A program made the translations under genes and the position numbers. From the human T2T-CHM13v2.0 reference genome, Homo sapiens: 64,000 bases of DNA. Numbering within the stretch: position 1 is the stretch's first letter; each line of letters opens with the position of its first letter. A model generated the notes under the pieces. It had not been told where the DNA came from, searched no databases, and worked only from the letters and a program-made list of their open reading frames with translations. Below are positions 54,946 to 64,000 of this stretch, one piece after another. The stretch covers positions 29,504,001-29,568,000 of the forward strand of contig CP086569.2 of assembly GCA_009914755.4 (NCBI GenBank), read 5' to 3'.

Positions 54946-57900
54946 ATGGAATCGAATGGAAAGGACTCGAATGGAAATCACTCGAATAGAATGCAATTTA
55001 ATAAAATAGGATCAAATGTAATGGAATGGAATGGAAAGGAATCGAAACGAAAGGAATGGAGACAGATGGAATGGAATGGAACAGAGAGCAATGGTATAGA
55101 ATGGAATGGAATCATCTGGAATGGAATTGAATGGAATGGAAAAATATGAAATGGAATGGAATGGAATGGAATGCCCTTGAATTAAATGGACTGGAATGGA
55201 ATGGACTCGAACAGAGTGGAATGGAAAGTGTTGAGATAGAATGGAATGGACTCCTTTGGAATGGTGTAGTATGCAATGCAATCGACTGGCAGGGAATCAA
55301 AAGGAATGTAATCGAATGGATTGGACTGGAATGCAATGGACTCGAATAGATTGGAAACGGAATGCAAAGGAATGGAATGGAATAGTATGGAATGGAATGG
55401 AAAGGAATGGAGTGGAATAGACTAGAGTGGAATGGAATGGACTCGAAAGCAATGGACTGGAATGGAACTTTCTTGAATGGACTGGAATCAAACGGAATGG
55501 AATGCAATGCAATCAAATGGCATGGAATAAAATAGAATGAAAGAGAATCAAATGGAACTGAATCGAATATAATCGAATGGATTGGAAAGGAATAGAATGG
55601 AATGGAATGGAATTGACTCAAATGGAATGGACTAGAATGGAATGGATTCGAATGGAAGGCAAATGAATGGAATCTATTGGAATGGACTGTAATGGAATGG
55701 AATGGAAGGGATTGGAATGGACTCGATTGTAATGGACTGCAATACAAAGGATGCGAATGGAATGAAAAAGAATTGAATGGAATAGAACAGAATGGAATCA
55801 AATCGCATGAAATGGAATGGAATAGAAAGGAATGGAATGAAATGGAATGGAAAGGATTCGAATGGAATGCAATCGAATGGAATGGAATCGAACGGAATGG
55901 AATAAAATGGAAGAAAACTGGCAAGAAATGGAATCGAAATGAATGGAGTGTTATGGAACGGACTCAAAAGGAATTGAATGTAATAGAATGGAGTGGAGTG
56001 GACTCGAATATAATGGACTTGAATGGAATGAAATCACATGGAATGGGAACGAATGGAATCGAATGGAAAGGAATCGAATCGAATGGAAAGGAATCGAATG
56101 GAAGGGAATGAAATTGAATCAACAGGAATGGAAGGGAATAGAATAGACGGTAATGGAATGGACTCGAATAGAATGGACACGAATGCTCAAATTGAATGGA
56201 CTCGAATGGAATGGAAACGAAAGGAATGTCATCGAATGGAATTGAATCGATTGGAATGAAATCGCATAGAATGGAGTGGAATCAAATGGAATTGAATCGA
56301 AAGGAAAGGAAGCGAATGGACTGAAATGAAATGGAATGGAATTGAATGGAAAGTAATGCAATGGAATAGAATGGAACGAAATTTCACGGAATGGAATCAA
56401 ACTGAATGGAATCAAATCAATGGAATCAAATCAAATGGAATGGAAAGGAATTGAATGGAGTAGATTGGATTGGATGGGATTGGAATGAAATGTACTGGAA
56501 AGGACTCGAATTTCATGAAACGGAATGGAATGAATTGGAACGGAATGGACTCGAATGGAATGGAATGTCATGGAATGGCATCAAATGGAATGGCATCAAA
56601 TGGAATGGAATCGAATGCAATGGAATGCTATGGAATGGAATGGAATGCATTGGAATGGAATGTCCTCTAATGGAATGGATTCGAGTGGAATGGAATCGAA
56701 TATAATGGAGTCGAATGAAATGGAATTGAAAGGAATGGGATCGAATACAATGGAATATACTGGAATGAAATGTAATGAACTCGAATGTAATTGACTGGAA
56801 TGGAATGTACATGAATGGAATGTAATCGAATGGAAAGTAATCTAATGGAATAAAATCTAATGCAATAAAATCGACTCAGATAGAGTAGAATGTAATGGAA
56901 TGGAGTGCAGTGCAATGGAATGGAATGGAATGGAATGCAATGGAATGGAATGGAATGGAATGGAATGGAATGGAATGGGATGGAATGGCATGGAATGGAT
57001 AGTAATGGACTGGAGTGAAATGGACTGGAAAGGAATGGACTCAAATTGAAAGGGCTCGAAAGGAATGGAGTCAAATGGAATGGTCTGGAATGGAATGAAC
57101 ACGAATGTAATGCAATCCAATAGAATGGAATCGAATGGCATGGAATATAAAGAAATGGAATCGAAGAGAATGGAAACAAATGGAATGGAATTGAATGGAA
57201 TTGAATTGAATGGAATGGGAACGAATGGAGTGAAATTGTATGCAGTAGAAGAGAATAGAATGGAATGCAAGCGAAAGGAAAGGAATGGATTGGAATGGAA
57301 TGGAATTCATTGGAATGGAAGGGAATGTAGTGTAATGGACAGGCCTGGAATAAAGCGGAATGCTACGGTCTCGAATGGAATAAAAATGTATGGAATGGAA
57401 TGCAATGAAACGGAATCGAATGTCATAGAATGTAATGGAATGCAAAAAAATGGACTCCAAAATCATTGACTGGAAAGGCTGGGTGTCGAAAGGAATTGAC
57501 TCCAATGGAATGGAATCGAATGGAATGGAAGTGAATAGAATCGAACTAAATCGAATGGAATGGAATTGATAGGAACGGAATGGAAAGGAATGCAATGATT
57601 TGGCATGGAATGGAATCGAATGGCATCGAATGGAATGGAATGGAATGCAATGGAATGGAATGTATTAGAAGGTAATGAACTTTAATGGAATGTCCTCGAA
57701 TGGATTCGACTGTAATGGAATGTTCTGGAAGTGAATGAACTCCAATGGAATGGATTCAAAAGGAATGGAATCGTACGGAATGGAATCTAATGGAATGGAA
57801 TTAAATGGAAATGAATCAAATTGAATAGCACGGAATTGAATTGAATGGAATCAAATGCAATGGAATCTAATGAAACAGAAAGGAAAGGAATGGAATGGAA

Positions 57901-58499
57901 TGGAATGGGCTGGAATGGAAAGGAATCGAAACGAATGGAATGGAATCGAACTGAAGAGACTGGAATGGAATGCACTGGAATGGAAGGGAGTGTAATGGAA
58001 GGTTCTCGACAAAAATGGAATCGAATGGAATGGAATTGAATAGAACGGAATAGAGTCGAATGGAATTGAATGGAATGGAATGGACTAGAGTGAAATGGAA
58101 TAGAACCACAAGGAATGGACAGGAATAGAATGGTCTCGAATTGAATGGAATCGTATGGAATGGCATCAAACGGAATGGAATGGACAGCCACGGAATGGAA
58201 TGCACTCGAATGCAATGGAGTCGAAACTAGTGGACTGGAATAGAATGGACTTGACTGGTACGGACTCGAAAGGAATGGAATCGAATGGAAGGGAATCGAA
58301 CGGAATGGACTCGAAGGGAAAAGACTGCAATGGAAAGGTCTCGAATGGAATGGAAATTTATGGAATGGAATGGAATCGAATGAAATGGAGTCAAAAGGAA
58401 TGGAATCGATTGGCAAGAAATCGAATGTAATGGAATCGCTAGGAATTGATGTGAACGGAACGGAATGGAATGGAATCCAAAGGAATGGAATAGAATGGA
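54946..58499. repeat. HOR unit U17, long form (3554 bp); type A (copy of U13)
   Basis: Identical translations at +14220 from U13, e.g. the 209-aa frames 43567-44196 and 57787-58416. Confidence 0.8.
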
Positions 58500-61400
58500 A
58501 TGGAATAGAATGGAAAGGACTCGAATGGAAATCACTCGAATAGAATGCAATTTAATAAAATAGGATCAAATGTAATGGAATGGAATGGAAAGGAATCGAA
58601 ACGAAAGGAATGGAGACAGATGGAATGGAATGGAACAGAGAGCAATGGTATTGAATGGAATGGAATCATCTGGAATGGAATTGAATGGAATGGAATAATA
58701 TGAAATGGAATTGAATGGAATGGAATGGAATGCCCTTGAATTAAATGGACTGGAATGGAATGGACTCGAACAGAGTGGAATGGAAAGTGTTGAAATAGAA
58801 TGGAATGGACTGCTTTGGAATGGTCTAGTATGCAATGCAATCGACTGGCAGGGAATCAAAAGGAATGTAATCGAATGGATTGGACTGGAATGCAATGGAC
58901 TCGAATAGATTGGAAACGGAATGCAAAGGAATGGAATGGAATAGTATGGAATGGAATGGAAAGGAATGGAGTGGAATAGACTAGAGTGGAATGGAATGGA
59001 CTCGAAAGCAATGGACTGGAATGGAACTTTCTTGAATGGACTGGAATCAAATGAATGGAATGCAATGCAATCAAATGGCATGGAATAAAATAGAATGAAA
59101 GAGAATCAAATGGAATTGAATCGAATGGAATCGAATGGATTGGAAAGGAATAGAATGGAATGGAATGGAATGGACTAGAATGGAATGGATTCGAATGGAA
59201 GGCAAAGGAATGGAATCTATTGGAATGGTCTGTAATGGAATGGAATGGAAGGGATTGGAATGGACTCGAATTGAATGGACTGCAATAGAAAGGATGCGAA
59301 TGGAATGAAAAAGAATTGAATGGAATAGAACAGAATGGAATCAAATCGCATGAAATGGAATGGAATAGAAAGGAATGGAATGAAATGGATTGGAAAGGAT
59401 TCGAATGGAATGCAATCGAATGGAATGGAATCGAACGGAATGGAATAAAATGGAAGAAAACTGGCAAGAAATGGAATCGAAATGAATGGAGTGTTATGGA
59501 ACGGACTCAAAAGGAATTGAATGTAATAGAATGGAGTGGAGTGGACTCGAATATAATGGACTGGAATGGAATGAAATCACATGGAATGGGAACGAATGGA
59601 ATGGAATGGAAATGAATGGAATCGAATGGAAAGGAATCGAATGGAAGGGAATGAAATTGAATCAACAGGAATGGAAGGGAATAGAATAGACGGTAATGGA
59701 ATGGACTCGAATAGAATGGACACGAATGCTCAAATTGAATGGACTCGAATGGAATGAAAAGGAAAGGAATGTCATCGAATGGAATTGAATCGATTGGAAT
59801 GAAATCGCATAGAATGGAGTGGAATCAAAGGGAATTGAATCGAAAGGAAAGGAAGCGAATGGACTGAAATGAAATGGAATGGAATTGAATGGAAAGTAAT
59901 GCAATGGAAGAGAATGGAAGGAAATTTCACGGAATGGAATCAAACTGAATGGAATCAAATCAATGGAATATAATCAAATGGAATGGAAAGGAATTGAATG
60001 GAGTAGATGGGATTGGATGGGATTGGAATGAAATGTACTGGAAAGGACTCGAATTTCATGAAACGGAATGGAATGAATTGGAACGGAATGGACTCGAATA
60101 GAATGGAATGTCATGGAATGGCATCAAATGGAATGGCATCAAATGGAATGGAATCGAATGCAATGGAATGCTATGGAATGGAGTGGAATGCATTCGAATG
60201 GAATGTCCTCTAATGGAATGCATTCGAGTGGAATGGAATCGAATATAATGGAGTCGAATGAAATGGAATTGAAAGGAATGGGATCGAATACAATGGAATA
60301 TACTGGAATGTAAGGTAATGAACTCGAATGTAATTGACTGGAATGGAATGTACATGAATGAAATGTAATCGAATGGAAAGTAATCCAATGGAATAGAATC
60401 TAATGCAATAAAATCGACTCAGATAGAGTAGAATGTAATGGAATGGAGTGCAGTGCAATGGAATGGAATGGAATGGAATGCAATGGAATGGAATGGAATG
60501 GAATGGAATGGAATGGAATGGAATGGAATGGGATGGAATGGCATGGAATGGATAGTAATGGACTGGAGTGAAATGGACTGGAAAGGAATGGACTCAAATT
60601 GAAAGGTCTCGAAAGCAATGAAGTCAAATGGAATGGTCTGGAATGGAATGAACACGAATGTAATGCAATCCAATAGAATGGAATCGAATGGCATGGAATA
60701 TAAAGAAATGGAATCGAAGAGAATGGAAACAAATGGAATGGAATTGAATGGAATGGAATTGAATGGAATGGGAACGAATGGAGTGAAATTGTATGCAGTA
60801 GAAGAGAATAGAATGGAATGCAAGCGAAAGGAAAGGAATGGATTGGAATGGAATGGAATTCATTGGAATGGAAGGGAATGTAGTGTAATGGACAGGCCTG
60901 GAATAAAGTGGAATGCTACGGTCTCGAATGGAATAAAAATGTATGGAATGGAATGCAATGAAACGGAATCGAATGTCATAGAATGTAATGGAATGCAAAA
61001 AAATGGACTCCAAAATCATTGACTGGAAAGGCTGGGTGTCGAAAGGAATTGACTCCAATGGAATGGAATCGAATGGAATGGAAGTGAATAGAATCGAACT
61101 AAATCGAATGGAATGGAATTGATAGGAACGGAATGGAAAGGAATGCAATGATTTGGCATGGAATGGAATCGAATGGCATCGAATGGAATGGAATGGAATG
61201 CAATGGAATGGAATGTATTAGAATGTAATGAACTTTAATGGAATGTACTCGAATGGATTCGACTGGAATGGAATGTTGTGGAAGTGAATGGACTCCAATG
61301 GAATGGATTCAAAAGGAATGGAATCGTGCCGAATGGAATCTAATGGAATGGAATTAAATGGAAATAAATCAAATTGAATAGCACGGAATTGAATTGAATG

Positions 61401-62052
61401 GAATCGAATGCAATGGAATCTAATGAAACGGAAAGGAAAGGAATGGAATGGAATGGAATGGGCTGGAATGGAAAGGAATCGAAACGAATGGAATGGAATC
61501 GAACTGAAGAGACTGGAATGGAATGCACTGGAATGGAAGGGAGTGTAATGGAAGGTTCTCGACAAAAATGGAATCGAATGGAATGGAATTGAATGGAACG
61601 GAATAGAGTCGAATGGAATTGAATGGAATGGAATGGACTAGAGTGAAATGGAATCGAACCACAAGGAATGGACAGGAATAGAATGGTCTCGAATTGAATG
61701 GAATCGTATGGAATGGCATCAAACGGAATGGAATGGACAGCCACGGAATGGAATGCACTCGAATGCAATGGAGTCGAAACTAATGGACTGGAATAGAATG
61801 GACTCGACTGGTACGGACTCCAAAGGAATGGAATCGAATGGAAGGGAATCGAACGGAATGGACTCGAAGGGAAAAGACTGCAATGGAAAGGTCTCGAATG
61901 GAATGGAAATTAATGGAATGGAATGGAATCGAATGAAATGGAGTCAAAAGGAATGGAATCGAATGGCAAGAAATCGAATGTAATGGAATCGCAAGGAATT
62001 GATGTGAAGGGAACGGAATGGAATGGAATCCAAAGGAATGGAATAGAATGGA
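58500..62052. repeat. HOR unit U18, long form (3553 bp); type B (copy of U14)
   Basis: Carries the same private variant set as U14 at +14220. Confidence 0.8.
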
Positions 62053-64000
62053 ATGGAATCGAATGGAAAGGACTCGAATGGAAATCACTCGAATAGAATG
62101 CAATTTAATAAAATAGGATCAAATGTAATGGAATGGAATGGAAAGGAATCGAAACGAAAGGAATGGAGACAGATGGAATGGAATGGAACAGAGAGCAATG
62201 GTATAGAATGGAATGGAATCATCTGGAATGGAATTGAATGGAATGGAATAATATGAAATGGAATGGAATGGAATGGAATGCCCTTGAATTAAATGGACTG
62301 GAATGGAATGGACTCGAACAGAGTGGAATGGAAAGTGTTGAGATAGAATGGAATGGACTCCTTTGGAATGGTCTAGTATGCAATGCAATCGACTGGCAGG
62401 GAATCAAAAGGAATGTAATCGAATGGATTGGACTGGAATGCAATGGACTCGAATAGATTGGAAACGGAATGCAAAGGAATGGAATGGAATAGTATGGAAT
62501 GGAATGGAAAGGAATGGAGTGGAATAGACTAGAGTGCAATGGAATGGACTGGAAAGCAATGGACTGGAATGGAACTTTCTTGAATGGACTGGAATCAAAC
62601 GGAATGGAATGCAATGCAATCAAATGGCATGGAATAAAATAGAATGAAAGAGAATCAAATGGAATTGAATCGAATGGAATCGAATGGATTGGAAAGGAAT
62701 AGAATGGAATGGAATGGAATTGACTCAAATGGAATGGACTAGAATGGAATGGATTCGAATGGAAGGCAAATGAATGGAATCTATTGGAATGGACTGTAAT
62801 GGAATGGAATGGAAGGGATTGGAATGGACTCGAATGTAATGGACAGCAATAGAAAGGATGCGAATGGAATGAAAAAGAATTGAATGGAATAGAACAGAAT
62901 GGAATCAAATCGAATGAAATGGAATGGAATAGAAAGGAATGGAATGAAATGGAATGGAAAGGATTCGAATGGAATGCAATCGAATGGAATGGAATCGAAC
63001 GGAATGGAATAAAATGGAAGAAAACTGGCAAGAAATGGAATCGAAATGAATGGAGTGTTATGGAACGGACTCAAAAGGAATTGAATGTAATAGAATGGAG
63101 TGGAGTGGACTCGAATATAATGGACTGGAATGGAATGAAATCTCATGGAATGGGAACGAATGGAATGGAATGGAAAGGAATGGAATCGAATGGAAAGGAA
63201 TCGAATGGAAGGGAATGAAATTGAATCAACAGGAATGGAAGGGAATAGAATAGACGGTAATGGAATGGACTCGAATAGAATGGACACGAATGCTCAAATT
63301 GAATGGACACGAATGGAATGGAAACGAAAGGAATGTCATCGAATGGAATTGAATCGATTGGAATGAAATCGCATAGAATGGAGTGGAATCAAATGGAATT
63401 GAATCGAAAGGAAAGGAAGCGAATGGACTGAAATGAAATGGAATGGAATTGAATGGAAAGTAATGCAATGGAAGAGAATGGAAGGAAATTTCACGGAATG
63501 GAATCAAACTGAATGGAATCAAATCAATGGAATATAATCAAATGGAATGGAAAGGAATTGAATGGAGTAGATGGGATTAGATGGGATTGGAATGAAATGT
63601 ACTGGAAAGGACTCGAATTTCATGAAACGGAATGGAATGAATTGGAACGGAATGGACTCGAATAGAATGGAATGTCATGGAATGGCATCAAATGGAATGG
63701 CATCAAATGGAATGGAATCGAATGCAATGGAATGCTATGGAATGGAATGGAATGCATTGGAATGGAATGTCCTCTAATGGAATGGATTCGAGTGGAATGG
63801 AATCGAATATAATGGAGTCGAATGAAATGGAATTGAAAGGAATGGGATCGAATACAATGGAATATACTGGAATGTAATGTAATGAACTCGAATGTAATTG
63901 ACTGGAATGGAATGTACATGAATGAAATGTAATCGAATGGAAAGTAATCCAATGGAATAGAATCTAATGCAATAAAATCGACTCAGATAGAGTAGAATGT
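62053..64000. repeat. HOR unit U19 (5' 1948 bp, truncated by window end); type C (copy of U15)
   Basis: Matches U15 at +14220 through to the window end. Confidence 0.8.

Larger units (their letters stand above)
1..64000. repeat. Continuous (GGAAT)n/(ATTCC)n pentameric satellite array, human satellite III-like, organised in ~3.55-kb (and 2.85-kb) higher-order repeats; candidate DYZ1 (Yq12 heterochromatin)
   Basis: Directly visible in the sequence: nearly every 5-mer is ggaat or a one-substitution variant (gcaat, ggact, cgaat, gtaat). Long landmark strings recur at fixed offsets: 203, 3053, 5903, 8752, 12306, 15869, 19418, 22970, 26527, 30096, 33645, 37194, 40726, ~44280, 47833, 51392, 54946, ~58500, 62053. 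Orientation never changes. The DYZ1 assignment is established-knowledge inference: DYZ1 is described as a ~3.56-kb EcoRI unit made mostly of TTCCA pentamers. No alignment was done. Confidence 0.95.
54946..64000. repeat. Four-unit super-repeat block, copy 2 (partial: A-B-C...)
   Basis: Offset +14220 from copy 1. Truncated by the window end. Confidence 0.7.

Noticed and set aside
1-64000. Hundreds of 60-275-aa ORFs on both strands in the supplied track: MEWNGMEWN...-type on +, HSIPFHSIPF...-type on -
   Set aside because: They are artefacts of translating a GGAAT pentamer repeat. ATG codons are abundant (aATGg), and stops are rare in some frames. The peptides are low-complexity W/N/G/M/E or H/S/I/P/F strings and overlap each other on both strands in all frames. 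They recur only because the DNA recurs. There is no start or stop context, no codon bias and no domain-like sequence. None is called as CDS.
1-64000. Regular direct repeats, which could suggest a CRISPR array
   Set aside because: There is no repeat-spacer alternation. The whole sequence is repeat with a 5-bp base period and a 3.55-kb HOR, typical of eukaryotic satellite. There are no cas-like ORFs, and the composition is non-prokaryotic.
1-64000. Alpha satellite (171-bp) or telomeric (TTAGGG) identity
   Set aside because: I saw no 171-bp periodicity or alpha-satellite monomer landmarks and no TTAGGG/CCCTAA runs. The base period is 5 bp (GGAAT).
1-64000. HSat3 diagnostic CAACCCGAGT / ACTCGGGTTG motif
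   Set aside because: I looked for gggttg and caaccc and did not find them. The recurrent non-pentamer elements here are ggactcgaa, ctgggtgtcgaaagg and gacaggcctgg. This does not contradict a GGAAT-type HSat3/DYZ1 identity, because subfamilies differ, but I cannot use that motif as support.
40726-64000. Possibility that the 14.2-kb identical blocks reflect an assembly collapse or duplication artefact rather than biology
   Set aside because: This cannot be excluded from sequence alone. The two copies are not perfectly identical, differing for example at N/S in 45836-46168 versus 60056-60388. Unit U16 is also a mosaic rather than a verbatim copy. Both points argue for real, slightly diverged paralogous copies. 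I kept it as a finding, with read-level validation suggested.

Overview
The whole 64-kb window is one uninterrupted tandem satellite array built from the pentamer GGAAT on the + strand (ATTCC on the - strand). That is the human satellite II/III (HSat2/3) type of pericentromeric/heterochromatic DNA. There are no genes, RNA genes, transposons or unique sequence. The array is organised as a higher-order repeat (HOR). Landmark sequences recur every ~3,550 bp in 15 full units, and every ~2,850 bp in the first three units. The short form lacks a ~704-bp segment that the long form carries. Both strands show one orientation throughout, and each unit typically has one EcoRI and one HaeIII site. The ~3.55-kb unit length, the pentamer composition and the single EcoRI site fit the classical description of DYZ1, the 3.56-kb HSat3 repeat of Yq12 heterochromatin. 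That assignment rests on recall and has not been aligned. Every ORF in the six-frame track is a reading-frame artefact of the pentamer periodicity: MEWNG-type peptides on +, HSIPF-type on -. No coding feature is reported. What is worth reporting is the internal architecture. These items are a locally amplified 704-bp-deletion HOR variant with microhomology at its junction, a hybrid unit marking the switch between HOR subfamilies, a near-identical tandem unit pair (U10/U11), a ~14.22-kb four-unit super-repeat copied with near-perfect identity (40.7-64 kb), an earlier X-Y-Z-X-X unit pattern with the same spacing, copy-number-variable pure (GGAAT)n tracts, and small unit-specific indels and duplications. 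I see no novel biological system here. This is classical satellite heterochromatin with a clear multi-level repeat structure.
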